Shown here in pieces: positions 35,201 through 44,740 of a stretch of DNA of 55,164 bases. A program made the translations under genes and the position numbers. The DNA comes from a virus. Taxonomy: Duplodnaviria; Caudoviricetes. The notes beneath the pieces are model-generated. The model did not search any database. It was not told where the DNA came from and saw nothing but the letters and a program-made list of their open reading frames with translations. The stretch spans positions 1-55,164 of the IMG/VR virus record IMGVR_UViG_3300046816_000301; one strand, 5' to 3'. The first letter of the stretch is position 1, and the number at the start of each line of letters is the position of its first letter.

Positions 35201-38200
35201 CGCAGGATCGCCGGGTCGCGGCGGTAACGCGCACCGGCGTCGGCCACGTCGCCGAGCGCCCGCATCGCGTGGCCCAGCACATTGTCGGTGCTCGACGTGA
35301 GGCCAAAGGCCCGGCGCAGAAACCCACGGAACGCCGACCACGGTGTAGCGCGTTCCTCCTTGTTGTAACCCAGCCGCTCCATCGTGCGCTGGAACTCAGA
35401 GCTGGGGGTGCTGCGTGCTAGAACATTTTGAGCATGGGCGCTAGTAAGCAACGTCGCCGTTAACTCATGAAAGTCCGTAGTCGCATAAAGTGAGTGCGCC
35501 ATCTCCATGTCGGTCATGGCCGAGTCGCGCATCATGATATCCGCGACTTCCTTGCGGATCGCTTCGAGCGCGTCGAGGTGACGGATCTGCTCGGGCGTTG
35601 CCCGCCCTTCGCTTCGCGCCTTAACGGCTGCGTTGATATAATGCGCCGTCGCCGCATGCACAGCTTCGTGCAGCGCCGTCTCGACGCCACCACCGCCGTA
35701 CCTCCCGACGATGACAGTGTCTGTAGCAGGGTCGTAATAGGACGGGCCGTCTATAGACCGTTCGAGACCAAAGAGGTGCGCCGCGTCCTCGTGGATCACC
35801 CGCGTCGACGCTGGTATTATCTTCTTCAAAATCGCCGCGAGTGCACGAGCGTGGTGCAGCCCCGCCGTGCTGAGCTTGGAGTTGTCGGTGATCGCGTCGA
35901 GTACCTCGTGCAGACTTGTACTTGCCTGCTCTCGCGTCGCCCCCTCGGCTGTACCGCTCGCCTCGATGCGATTGTAGATCGCTTCCAGTGGTTCGTTGAC
36001 GCCGGGGGTACCGAAGCGGTTCGCCACCTGGCGATCGGGTGACGGCGGGGCGTTGTGGGTCTGATCCTTAGCTGCCTTGATGCGCGCCAGCTCGGCGTCG
36101 AGTTCATCCTCGGCTGATTTGAGCGCAGCGGCGCCTTCGGGGCGCGGCTCCAGCGACTCGCCGATCTGTTGCTGGATTTCAGCCTGGTGCTCGCGGAGGT
36201 CCTTGTAAAACTGGATGTCGTCCTCGATCCGCCCCCTCGCCTCGGGGGTACGAGCACGTTCTTGCTTAGCTTGGAGATCGGGGATGGTGTTGTCGTCGCG
36301 CGCCTTAACCAATTCGTCGTGGAGATATTTTACAAAGCTTGGACGCTGCGGACCGCGCGTGCCGGCTTGTGGTAGCTCACGCATTACCTGGTCGACAAAG
36401 TTGGTCCCGCCGGCGATCTCCTTGGCGCGGCTGCGGTAGACCGATTTGTAGTCCGACGAAGGAGCTTCCTTCTTGCCGGTGCTCTCGTCGGGAATATCAC
36501 GGGCGCGGCCGGCCGGCTCCGCCGTGCGCGCCGCGCGCACCTCCTGCGCCATACGCGACTGGCGCTTGGGAGCAACATTACCTTCCTCGACGGTCTTAAA
36601 CTCGGGAGCTTCGCCCTCGGCGACCGCGACAGAACCACGTTCTGGCGTGATACCTAGCTTCTTGCGCAGCTGCTCGCGGGTTACCAACGCGACGCCGACC
36701 GGCTCACCCCTCGCCTTGGCCGCTGCCGTTGCTTCCCGTGCCGTCGGCGCCGGAGTAGGAGCTGGCGCCTGCTCGGCAGGCTTCTCTAATACCGCGACCT
36801 CGCCCGCCGGCGCTGCTTCGGTTGCCGTTCCCGCCTTACCCTCGGCAATAATTTGATCCCGACCTTCGTTTAACCGTCGGGTCTGCTCCGCTAATGATGC
36901 AGCTCGCGCTGCCGGTTCCGCCTCACTCCCTACCGTAGGGAGTTCACCTCGTGCCGTCGCCCGATCGGCGCGGTCGCGCGCGGCCTGCATCGCCTCCTCG
37001 GGCGAGCTGCCCACCGACAAGACGTCCTTGCCGTGCTTGACGACATACTGTCCTGGTGTCTGGTCGTCCGGCTCGACGCGCCATCCGGTCTGATCGGCGA
37101 GCTTAAAAGGTAAACCTTGCTGCTCTTCGAGCGGCAACCCGGGCTGCTCGCCCGCACGCCCCTCCGGCCCGCCTAGAGGCGGCTGACGTAGAGGAAGCTC
37201 GCCTTGAGGCGGTGCAGGCTCGACGCCGGGAAGCTCACCCTGGCGTGCCTCTGGCGGCACACCTTCGACAGGGCGCGGCGGCGCCTCGGCCGGCGTGATG
37301 GGTTGTTCAGGAACAGCGCGGCCAAACGGCAGCTGTGGCTGGTCGCCCAGCGGCAAGCCGGGACCACCACCACCACCACCACCACCGTCGGGTGGTCCCC
37401 CGCCGGGTGCCTGTGGCGGCAGTCTTGAGCCTGGCTGCAAGGGCAGCTCGGGTTGCACCGGCGGTGGCTCGACACCGGGCAAGCCAGCCTGTGTCGCCCC
37501 TGGCATACCGGGCTGCTCCGGTATTTGTCGCGCGCCCAGCGGTGGAGGAGGGGGCGGAGGTGGCGCCGACGGCGCTGGCCCTGCGGCACCGGGTATCACA
37601 TCACCCTCGGTGCCGGCAGCCTGCTGGCGTGCCTGCTCGACGGTGGCTGCCTGTGCTGCCAGATCGGCCGGGCCGCGCACCAACGGCGCGCCGGGGGGCG
37701 GTGGCGGCGGTGGCGGCTGCCCGATACCGCGAGCGGCGGCGGTTGCCGGCAGGCCGGGCAGGGTAGGGTTAAGCGCCATCGCCGGTGGCGCTGCGCCGGC
37801 GGTAGGCGGAGGTTGGACGTTCCCTTGCTCGACCGTACGAAAGGTATCCGAGGTCGTGCTCGGCTGATTGGGATTGATCGCTTGGTTGAGCGCCGCCTGC
37901 TGGTCGACATCGGCGGGGTTGCCGGGCACTACTTTAGTAACATCACGCGTCGGTTTAACTTCACCGGGGTGCAGGTAGGTACCCGCGCCGCCGATCAGCA
38001 CGCCTTGCACGGCACCGGTAGCAGCTCCCTCGACCAGCTGCTTCCAGTCCATATCCCCCATCTTATCGAGGAAGTCCCCGAACGATTTAGCCTGGGCGAT
38101 CGCCTGGGGCGTCTGGTTCTGCACCGCGCCGGCGGCACCAAGGATTGCGTTGATCCCGCCCGCTGTCGCGATGTTGCGGATGAGACCCTTGCCGGCGGTG

Positions 38201-39288
38201 GTTGCCAGCAGTGCCGGAGCGCCGCCCATCAGCACCGAGTTGGCGAGCATGCTCTCGGCGATCGCGTTATTATCGCCGTTGGTTTCGCGTCTTGCCTTGT
38301 CAAAACCGTAAAGCGCGCCGACCGCCGCGAATGGCAGCGAGGCGGCGAGCGCGCCCTGCCCGGCGCCAGGTGCCGCAGCAAAGACTGCAAGCTGCGGCGC
38401 CATCTCCGTAAGGCGCTCGGCAACATAAGTCAGCGCGTCACCACCCGACTTGATGTCTGCATAACTTTTGATCGTCGGCGGTAGCTGCTGATTGACCCAC
38501 TCGCCAACTTCGTTCGCCTTATTGGTAACCGCGCTGTAGACGTTCTTCTCGACCTCGGCAACCTTCGACGGCCCGGTTGGCGTCACCTGCTGACCCTCGG
38601 CGCCAAAGGGCATCGAGGGATCGAGGAAGCGGCTCGGGCTATTCGGATCGGTCTGCGTGCCAGCCCCGCCAATCCCCTGCTCGACCGCCGTCGCGGGACC
38701 TCCGACGACGCTCGACACCGTCTGCGTGACATACGGCACAATCGACTGCACCGCGCTGGCGATACCACGTCCTAGCGCCTTACCCTCGGTCGCCCAGAAC
38801 CCGGACTTATCTTCCGGCTCGGGGATGTTGGGCTGGCCCTGCGCCGCCGTCTCCTCGGGCGACATTTGATAGGCCGTGTCGACGCCGGGAATGTTTGTCA
38901 CCGTGCCTACGGCGCCGGGCGGTGGTTGTTGCGGCTGCATAAAGGCCGGCGCCGACAGCGGCGGCGGTGGAGTCGTCGCCAGCGCCCGGTAGGGCTGCAC
39001 GCGCGACCCCGAAAGCGCCTGTGTCGGCGACGCTCCTGGCACCGGAGCTTGGTACGAGTACTGCGGCAGCTGCGCCGGTGGTTGGTAGGGCGCGGCGGGG
39101 ATCGGTGAAGGTTGTGGCGCAGGCTGTGCGTAAGGTGAAGGTGCCGGCGCCTGCTCGGTGCTGGCCTGCTGCGGCCAGCCGGCGCTGAGCATCTGGTCGA
39201 TCTGCATCTGCGTCGAGTCGTAGCCACCCGACGATTGTTGTTCTTCCAGTTGGTCCTGGAGTTCTTCACTAGAAGTGTCGATGGCCAT
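32239..39288 (-). CDS. Giant internal virion / ejection protein (2349 aa) with zincin-like HExxH and PLxRFG motifs
   Basis: YYDPATDTVIV...ALHEAVHAAT...HELTA; YFPLRRFGDY; last of the ejection-protein cluster. Confidence 0.8.
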   Translation of the reverse strand: MAIDTSSEELQDQLEEQQSSGGYDSTQMQIDQMLSAGWPQQASTEQAPAPSPYAQPAPQPSPIPAAPYQPPAQLPQYSYQAPVPGASPTQALSGSRVQPYRALATTPPPPLSAPAFMQPQQPPPGAVGTVTNIPGVDTAYQMSPEETAAQGQPNIPEPEDKSGFWATEGKALGRGIASAVQSIVPYVTQTVSSVVGGPATAVEQGIGGAGTQTDPNSPSRFLDPSMPFGAEGQQVTPTGPSKVAEVEKNVYSAVTNKANEVGEWVNQQLPPTIKSYADIKSGGDALTYVAERLTEMAPQLAVFAAAPGAGQGALAASLPFAAVGALYGFDKARRETNGDNNAIAESMLANSVLMGGAPALLATTAGKGLIRNIATAGGINAILGAAGAVQNQTPQAIAQAKSFGDFLDKMGDMDWKQLVEGAATGAVQGVLIGGAGTYLHPGEVKPTRDVTKVVPGNPADVDQQAALNQAINPNQPSTTSDTFRTVEQGNVQPPPTAGAAPPAMALNPTLPGLPATAAARGIGQPPPPPPPPGAPLVRGPADLAAQAATVEQARQQAAGTEGDVIPGAAGPAPSAPPPPPPPPLGARQIPEQPGMPGATQAGLPGVEPPPVQPELPLQPGSRLPPQAPGGGPPDGGGGGGGGPGLPLGDQPQLPFGRAVPEQPITPAEAPPRPVEGVPPEARQGELPGVEPAPPQGELPLRQPPLGGPEGRAGEQPGLPLEEQQGLPFKLADQTGWRVEPDDQTPGQYVVKHGKDVLSVGSSPEEAMQAARDRADRATARGELPTVGSEAEPAARAASLAEQTRRLNEGRDQIIAEGKAGTATEAAPAGEVAVLEKPAEQAPAPTPAPTAREATAAAKARGEPVGVALVTREQLRKKLGITPERGSVAVAEGEAPEFKTVEEGNVAPKRQSRMAQEVRAARTAEPAGRARDIPDESTGKKEAPSSDYKSVYRSRAKEIAGGTNFVDQVMRELPQAGTRGPQRPSFVKYLHDELVKARDDNTIPDLQAKQERARTPEARGRIEDDIQFYKDLREHQAEIQQQIGESLEPRPEGAAALKSAEDELDAELARIKAAKDQTHNAPPSPDRQVANRFGTPGVNEPLEAIYNRIEASGTAEGATREQASTSLHEVLDAITDNSKLSTAGLHHARALAAILKKIIPASTRVIHEDAAHLFGLERSIDGPSYYDPATDTVIVGRYGGGGVETALHEAVHAATAHYINAAVKARSEGRATPEQIRHLDALEAIRKEVADIMMRDSAMTDMEMAHSLYATTDFHELTATLLTSAHAQNVLARSTPSSEFQRTMERLGYNKEERATPWSAFRGFLRRAFGLTSSTDNVLGHAMRALGDVADAGARYRRDPAILRGIQDARLRSAVELGGHVLSAPPLSERARDMVTEQVARGGSRLGESLRRGEMNGSNVDAMIRASGNLFRDPDTGANHFADHRAETERGAEVSRAERKLFKDTQQKLNEDIGRLGERDRTALAQFTNDVGYLNAKMGTSDPTANAHLTSSEQLKELQRLQANWNDLPDTSKRIYQDRQEFHQKLYERERAGDLDSMMRFAAPDSTPADRAAAQQQFYTRAGTQEFLANPDASPLAMTMGERYQNSRKLVDMVARFNDMNRVQGDYFPLRRFGDYMVTYGDQGTPGYGVHMFESRYDAERARAQFAADKLEPSQVQTKAEYARRQQVPSELMSALDEELRRRGWSDQSAASVHDVFTSIFLKRATEASARRMGARKGVLGASEDMNRVDRDAYDTHAQRMGFLASHVGREETLNRMQARADYLGRSGKPGEGITAQDYVNQMRKRMPNLDESQGFVNGAAKLLTNFGFISSLLRPARMPIELVGMHAMNQSLLGGRYGQAAALRATAKAQGEVGFGKSLRLGMNNMLSQMGGNLKKVNWENGALIRDRMIANGVNPELANKLYDRMVAANMIDISHASVAAEMGRPGSSWNKLASLQERTLGAMSQMDNAVETMGRMTFAKAAVDLELAKNGGNLDAALDKAMEHARVVTPNWNAYNAPWLASQRGPLGALAKPLFQFRNFALHQFGLYANLTREAYRGGDAGERAIALKQLGGIVAYHALVGGASIPIAEEVAKGLLGAYDWITGRKQPRDFDRIIRTALADQIGPTMAMVATKGLPSLAGVDVSSSLGLNNLLMLPDFRDLSPQEMSKTVANQLFGVSGGDVASLAQGVYDLFRGNPAGLIKMVPARILRDMVTAEEYSRVGVKDSRGRVILPSSQISTGDVIAKAIGFNPMDISDFYAGRKAINDFMAEEKDERSQIFNRAVIDGLGAVGKAVSEFNRNYPGNPITYDSLVKAQQEARKNAPGTYGLTVSPKQLQQVRQQTRYLPQ
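33643..33657. repeat. Palindrome P variant (giant gene)
   Basis: TCCCAACCGTAGGGA; coding strand TCC CTA CGG TTG GGA. Confidence 0.85.
35054..35068. repeat. Palindrome P copy, no spacer (giant gene)
   Basis: CCCCTACGTAGGGAC, encodes SLRRG on the - strand. Confidence 0.9.
36925..36943. repeat. Palindrome P copy, 9-bp arms (giant gene)
   Basis: ACTCCCTACCGTAGGGAGT, encodes LPTVGS. Confidence 0.95.
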
Positions 39289-39300
39289 CGCGCACTCCCC

Positions 39301-41976
39301 CTAGAACGACGGCGAGGCGAAGTTAGCGCCGGGAAGTGCCGGCCTGCCCAGCGGCGGCGCAGGTGCGACGCGGTTAGCTGGACCACTCGGCGGCGCGATC
39401 GGCTTGCCCGGGTCGTTGGGGTTCGCCATGTTGCGAGTCCACAACCCGGCCTGCTGCATGACATTAACCGGGAGATAGGTCAGCGCCGTCTGGCCGCCCT
39501 TAGCGGTGAGCGGCACGATCCAGTCGGGCTTCTGCGCCGTGCCCCGGTTAACCGGTGCGCTAGGCACAATGTTGCCCCCAAGCAGACCCTGCGCGTAATA
39601 AAAAGCCTGCTGCGGCGCGACACTTGCGTCGCGCGTCAGCATGTTATTCATGATCCCGCTGATCGCCTGCTTCTGGAACGCAGTCAACGTCGCGTCCGAA
39701 CCCGAACCGTTCAACAGCCCGTCGATCAACGGCGCGATGATCTTCTCGCGATCAATCGCGTGGCCAGCAGCGGCGGCTTGCGCTGCCTGCATGTTTTGCT
39801 GAAGCTTCAAATCAAAATCGCGTAGCTGGATTTGTTGTTGTTGCGCGGCGATGTCGCGGCGGGTCTTGTCGGCCTCGGCCGCCTGCGCCGCCTGGTTGGA
39901 ATAGTGGTCGGCCATGTCCTTGTAGTGGTCAGCGACCGACTGGTAGTGCAGCCGCTCGGCGTCGGTCTTCTGCATCTGGTCGAGAGTTTTGAGGTAGGTT
40001 TGCGGGTTCGAGGTGATGTTCAGCATGTTTCTGACCATCTGCGGGTTGACCTGAAACGGCTCGCCGATGCGATCGCCGGTGTGCGGGTCGAACCGCTCAC
40101 CCCAGATGTTTTGCTGCCCCGGTGCGCCGGTCACCCGAAACCTGGTGTTCTCGCCATTGGGAAAATACTTGTAAGCCTGTGCGTACTCGTTGGCGGCGCC
40201 CTGCGCGTCACCGACGCTCTGCATCTCAAAGCCACGCTTCAGATGTTGGAACGTGCCCTGCTGGGCAAACATGGTGACAAATTCCTGACCCTGCTCCATC
40301 GCCGCCGGCCCGAGGTGCATCGTCCACGCGAGCATCGAGTTCTGCGCCGTACGCAACAAATCATCCGAGGTCATCCCCCGAGGGTTAGAATTTTGTAAGT
40401 AAGTCATCCCGGCGTCGGGGCCGCCTTGCGAGACGTTAGACACCAGGGTTCTGAAATCGGTCTGGCTGCCGGGGGTCAGCGGTTGCGGAGATTTAGCGTT
40501 GACGTTGACCTGGGGGAGCGGCAACGCGGTCGATGCGCCACCCGGCGCAGGAGCGGCGGACGCTACCTGGCTACCAGTCGGGCCGCCGGTTGCGTTGGCG
40601 CCGTCGGTGATCTGTGTCTGATCGCGCGACCCTGGCTGATTAGATACCGCCAGAGTGCTAGGCGCGCTCCCAGGAACCTGAAAATTCTTAGTGTCACCAG
40701 CCGACGCCGCCGTCATGCCGATGCGGTTGGGCTGACCGGGTTGTTGTGTCAGGCCGTGGTCGGCAAGGGTCTGTGCCATCTCCGGCGTAATGCCGTCGAT
40801 GGTTACCCCAGTCGCGTCGCCACCACTAGCCTTTACCTGCGCGCGCTGTTCCGGCGTAAGAGCAGCAAGCCAGTCAGCGACCCTTGACTGAACAAGAGCC
40901 TGAGCGTTAGCCGGCGACGTGCTGGCGCCCCGGTGATCATCCACCGTGCCGGCGCCGGGGCGCACCACACCGTTGAGCTTGTCCTGCGCGATCTGCTGCG
41001 GGTAATCCAGGACGTGCGGAAACTGCTTGCGCTGATCATCCGGTGATAACCTAGCGATGGCGTCAACCCCACCCGGCCCGGCAAAATACGCGGCGTAGGC
41101 CGAGGCCGTACCTTGGCCGTATTTAGCAAACATCTTATTGAGGTACATCGACCCGAGGATCAGATTATCGTGCGCGTTGTAACGGTCCAGCCTACCAGTA
41201 GGATCAACGTCAGCCGCCGCTGCCGGGGTCACCTGCATCAACCCGACCGCGTGCTTGGAGTTCTCCGGCTCGTTGACGTTCCACCGGCTCTCCAGATACG
41301 CCACGTTGGCGACGGCCACGGGGTCGACGCCGGTCAGTATCCCAGCTTGATTTATATTTTCCCACAGCGTCGGGTCGCTCTTTTGTAATTCAGTGTAGCG
41401 GTACATCGACGGCTTAATCTGCGGTGTCGGCGGCACGGGTTGTTGGTCTGTCTGGGGGGCAGCGCTAGGCAGCGCTGTCTCTGGCGGGCCGGGGTTGGCC
41501 TGCGGCTTGGGCGGGTCCTTGAATAAATCCTTGGGCGGCTTCTCCGCACCCTCTTGAGTATCGGGCGGAACCTGCGGCGCCGGCGATGCCGCTGTAGCCG
41601 GGTCCATGCCGCCGCCTTGCACAGGTGGTAGCGCGGGAGCGAGCGCCGCAGTTGCTGTCTGCGACGGAGTCGTCGTAGTCCCAGCGGGAACAGCAGGCGC
41701 CGACGGCGCCGTGGTTCCGGGCGGCGGGATCGTCCCAGTGGCGTAGGGCTGACCCGGCGTAACACCGGCGGGGGGTGTGTTCGGGTCGAGCGCCTGCGTA
41801 GGTGCGGCCGCCACAGGAGCAGCGGCGACCGCCGGTGCGGGCGCCGCACCCGACAACGCTTGGGTCGGCGGATACCCATTCGCCAGCATCTTGTCAGACG
41901 CCGCGTTGGCGGCGTCTGCAGCGGGGTTTGGCGCGTAAGGGTCGGGTCCCTCGTCGGGATCAGGCACACCAGCCAT
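39301..41976 (-). CDS. Internal virion protein with lytic transglycosylase (SLT) domain
   Basis: LESRWN...AVGLMQV...NLILGSMYL...AAYFAGPG. Confidence 0.85.
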   Translation of the reverse strand: MAGVPDPDEGPDPYAPNPAADAANAASDKMLANGYPPTQALSGAAPAPAVAAAPVAAAPTQALDPNTPPAGVTPGQPYATGTIPPPGTTAPSAPAVPAGTTTTPSQTATAALAPALPPVQGGGMDPATAASPAPQVPPDTQEGAEKPPKDLFKDPPKPQANPGPPETALPSAAPQTDQQPVPPTPQIKPSMYRYTELQKSDPTLWENINQAGILTGVDPVAVANVAYLESRWNVNEPENSKHAVGLMQVTPAAAADVDPTGRLDRYNAHDNLILGSMYLNKMFAKYGQGTASAYAAYFAGPGGVDAIARLSPDDQRKQFPHVLDYPQQIAQDKLNGVVRPGAGTVDDHRGASTSPANAQALVQSRVADWLAALTPEQRAQVKASGGDATGVTIDGITPEMAQTLADHGLTQQPGQPNRIGMTAASAGDTKNFQVPGSAPSTLAVSNQPGSRDQTQITDGANATGGPTGSQVASAAPAPGGASTALPLPQVNVNAKSPQPLTPGSQTDFRTLVSNVSQGGPDAGMTYLQNSNPRGMTSDDLLRTAQNSMLAWTMHLGPAAMEQGQEFVTMFAQQGTFQHLKRGFEMQSVGDAQGAANEYAQAYKYFPNGENTRFRVTGAPGQQNIWGERFDPHTGDRIGEPFQVNPQMVRNMLNITSNPQTYLKTLDQMQKTDAERLHYQSVADHYKDMADHYSNQAAQAAEADKTRRDIAAQQQQIQLRDFDLKLQQNMQAAQAAAAGHAIDREKIIAPLIDGLLNGSGSDATLTAFQKQAISGIMNNMLTRDASVAPQQAFYYAQGLLGGNIVPSAPVNRGTAQKPDWIVPLTAKGGQTALTYLPVNVMQQAGLWTRNMANPNDPGKPIAPPSGPANRVAPAPPLGRPALPGANFASPSF

Positions 41977-41977
41977 C

Positions 41978-42649
41978 TCAGGCCCTCCCTACGGTAGGGA
42001 AATTAGCGCCGGCCAGCGCCGTCACCTGCGACGGCGGAGCGCGCTGTTGAGTTGCTTGTGCCTGGCTTCGCGTCTGCGCCGAGAACTGCCCTGGCGGCAG
42101 ATAAACCAGCGGCGCATCCGACGTATAATTCTTCCCTCCCGACGCATCTGCGGTCTGGGTCTGACCAGCACTAGTATACGCCGTGCCGCCGAGCGCACTC
42201 GTCTTAGCTGGCGCAGCCGGCGCGGGAGCCGCCGGCACAGCAGGTGCAGGCGTCGCCGCCGTAGCCGGGTCATAACCACCAGCCTGTGGCGTGATAGGTG
42301 CCGGCACCGTTGTCGCCGGCGCAGGCGTCGGCGCTTGCACGGTTGGGGTCGTCGTAGACGGTACTTGGGGGCTGCCAGCCGGGCTAAGCGGCACCGCAGT
42401 CGAGACATCCGGCGCTGGTAGTGGTTCCGTTGTCACGGGGGTCACTGGCGCACTGGGCAGCGCCGTCGCCGGTTGCGTTGGCTGTGTTCCCTGGGGCTGG
42501 TTCGTAGCGATGGCGTTACGATATGCCTGAGCGCGGTCTTGGAACGTCGCCTCGTTCTCCTTGTACTTCTGAACCTCACCCATCAGCTGGATGGTGTTCT
42601 GCGCACCGGAGAACAGGCCATCGGTGAAACTACCAAGAGGGAAAGACAT
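41978..42649 (-). CDS. Pro/Ala/Thr-rich putative internal virion protein
   Basis: Position in the ejection cluster; N-terminal LGSFTDGLFSG. Confidence 0.6.
   Translation of the reverse strand: MSFPLGSFTDGLFSGAQNTIQLMGEVQKYKENEATFQDRAQAYRNAIATNQPQGTQPTQPATALPSAPVTPVTTEPLPAPDVSTAVPLSPAGSPQVPSTTTPTVQAPTPAPATTVPAPITPQAGGYDPATAATPAPAVPAAPAPAAPAKTSALGGTAYTSAGQTQTADASGGKNYTSDAPLVYLPPGQFSAQTRSQAQATQQRAPPSQVTALAGANFPTVGRA
41986..42000. repeat. Palindrome P copy (gene 3' end)
   Basis: TCCCTACGGTAGGGA, encodes FPTVGR just before the stop. Confidence 0.95.
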
Positions 42650-42664
42650 CTGTAGTTCCTATAT

Positions 42665-43792
42665 TTATGCCCTGCCGCCAATATTAGCGCCGGTCAGCGC
42701 ACCCGCCGGCCCGCCAAGCGCAAAGCCAAGACCGCCACCCACCAACGAACCGATGCCCTTCACCGTGTTCTGCAACGCCGCCTCGTTGGCGTTGTACTCG
42801 CTCATCTGGTTCTGGAACCCGGTGTTCAGTATGTTAGCTGACTGACCGATCGCAGCGGTGCCCTGGCCAAAAAAGTTCGCGCTGGTGTTGGCCAGGCTCG
42901 AGCCGCTCGAGCCGAACGGCCCAAGCGCGTTGATGTAGGGGTTGAGCGCAAGACCACCGAGGCTGGCCGCCGGCGAGAGCGAACTCTGCGTCGAGGTAGC
43001 GCTGAGACCCGCGTTGACCCCGGCGACCCCGCTGGTATTAGCGGCGTTGAACCCCGCAGTCCCAACTGGTCCAGTCAAGGCCAAGGCTTGCGCAACCTGC
43101 CCCGGCGCACCTGTAGCCATGTCGTTGACCGCGCCGAGCAGGGACAGCCCTCGCGTCGTAGACTGGATACGCGACTGCGTGCCGGCGGCCGAGGCCGCTG
43201 CGTGCTCAGCAACCAGCTGCGCCCGGTTGAGTCCCTCCGATCGTCCCTGACTAGGATCGATGCCATAAGATCGAAGCTGTTGATCGGCATTGACCCGCGC
43301 CGCGTCCATCGACGTATAGACGTCCGCCTTGGCCGCTGCCGCCTGCTGGTCGGCGTAAGCGTTACCAGCGGGTGTCCCCGGCGCCTGCGACTTCGCATAG
43401 TCGATCAGCTGGTTCTGCACCGGCACCAATTGATTAGTGTAGCGGTCCCATAGGTACTTAGACTGATCGGCGGCCTGGTTGGCGTTGGCGATCTGCGTGT
43501 CGAGATAAGTACCGGCCTTTTGCGAAGTATCCAGCTGCGACTGCATCTCGGCTTTTACGGTAGGCATGACGTCAGACAGGTATTGCTGGTTCTGATCCTG
43601 CTGCTTTTGATAAGCAGCGAAATACTCAGCGCCTTGGCTCGCCGCCGTGTCGTACGCCTGCTTCTGAACATCGAGCTGCTGCCGGGCGATATCCGCCGAC
43701 TCTTGGGACGCCTGCGTCGCGGCCTGGGTTTGCGCCAGCGATGCCGCAGCAAGTGGCGCATAATTTGGAGGTGAGGGAGCTTTCCCGCCCAT
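42665..43792 (-). CDS. Putative ejection / pilot protein
   Basis: MGGKAPSPPNY start, A/Q/G-rich, C-terminal GSLVGGGLG. Confidence 0.7.
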   Translation of the reverse strand: MGGKAPSPPNYAPLAAASLAQTQAATQASQESADIARQQLDVQKQAYDTAASQGAEYFAAYQKQQDQNQQYLSDVMPTVKAEMQSQLDTSQKAGTYLDTQIANANQAADQSKYLWDRYTNQLVPVQNQLIDYAKSQAPGTPAGNAYADQQAAAAKADVYTSMDAARVNADQQLRSYGIDPSQGRSEGLNRAQLVAEHAAASAAGTQSRIQSTTRGLSLLGAVNDMATGAPGQVAQALALTGPVGTAGFNAANTSGVAGVNAGLSATSTQSSLSPAASLGGLALNPYINALGPFGSSGSSLANTSANFFGQGTAAIGQSANILNTGFQNQMSEYNANEAALQNTVKGIGSLVGGGLGFALGGPAGALTGANIGGRA

Positions 43793-44239
43793 TTACGCCG
43801 CCTTCCTGACCAGTACCCGAGGCTGGTGATTAAGCCAGGGGCAAGCGTCCTTGGTCATCGCCAGGACGACCATGTGGGTACCGGGGGCGTAGATATCCTT
43901 TAGCACAGCCTCGACCTGCCAGCCAGCTCTTGTATCGAGCGCCAGCGCCACGGTGTTGTCGGAGCGCACCGGGGCCAGCATCTTGTTACATTTACAGTGG
44001 TTAAAGCCGTAGTCGAAGACGAACCATAAAAGATCACGCGAGCACCAAAACTTATCCTCGCCGGCCATGTGCACGGTTATCGAGTTGCCGAAATAGTCGC
44101 ACAGCACAAAACCGCCAAGGATCTCGCCGTCGCGATGCGTCGTGAACGAGTGATCGTGCCCGGGCGTGAAATAGCCCTGCACCCGGCTCATCACCCACTC
44201 ACCGGCCCCCGGCGCATCAAAAAAGATCTCGCGACTCAT
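43793..44239 (-). CDS. GNAT-fold acetyltransferase-like protein
   Basis: VFDYGFNH...V.SDN..ALAL..RAGW..E..L; usual position before ejection proteins in podoviruses. Confidence 0.75.
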   Translation of the reverse strand: MSREIFFDAPGAGEWVMSRVQGYFTPGHDHSFTTHRDGEILGGFVLCDYFGNSITVHMAGEDKFWCSRDLLWFVFDYGFNHCKCNKMLAPVRSDNTVALALDTRAGWQVEAVLKDIYAPGTHMVVLAMTKDACPWLNHQPRVLVRKAA

Positions 44240-44529
44240 GTCACTCCAAGCGCGTTCAACTCGGCAGTAATTGCGCTGTCGCGCGCCGCCAGTTGCGCAC
44301 GCACCGCCGTCAATGTTTCCTTGGACGTATCGACGGAGGCGATCGAGACCGACATCCGCGTCGCCTGCATCGGTGAGCGCATCATCGGCGCGTCCTCAGG
44401 CGGTGGTGCCGGCGCAACCGTCAAGGACGATACGGTGCCACCATCGTCGAGCATCTCAATCGCCGACTGCACCGTCTGCTGCTCGGCGTAAAGCGCATTG
44501 ACCTGCGGCACGTCACTATATTTGGTCAT
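44236..44529 (-). CDS. Hypothetical protein
   Basis: Coupled ORF downstream of the tail fibre. Confidence 0.65.
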   Translation of the reverse strand: MTKYSDVPQVNALYAEQQTVQSAIEMLDDGGTVSSLTVAPAPPPEDAPMMRSPMQATRMSVSIASVDTSKETLTAVRAQLAARDSAITAELNALGVT

Positions 44530-44740
44530 GGGCCGGCTCCTGGAAGGTAGAGTGCCTATCGAGGCCGTTAGCGACCGAAGCCTGCGACTGAAGCTGCGAC
44601 TGAAGCTGCTCCGTCATAACTTGCCACAGCGACAGCGCATCCTTCAGCTTCAGCTCGGCCACCCCAGCCATGACGACATTCCATTGCTGAGCTTCGAGTT
44701 TCACTACCAGTAGTGCGTCGGGTGCTAAAACCCCATTCAT
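44516..44740 (-). CDS. Hypothetical protein (possible fibre-associated chaperone)
   Basis: L..QQWNVVMAGVAEL pattern; ATGA-coupled to the fibre gene. Confidence 0.6.
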   Translation of the reverse strand: MNGVLAPDALLVVKLEAQQWNVVMAGVAELKLKDALSLWQVMTEQLQSQLQSQASVANGLDRHSTFQEPAHDQI

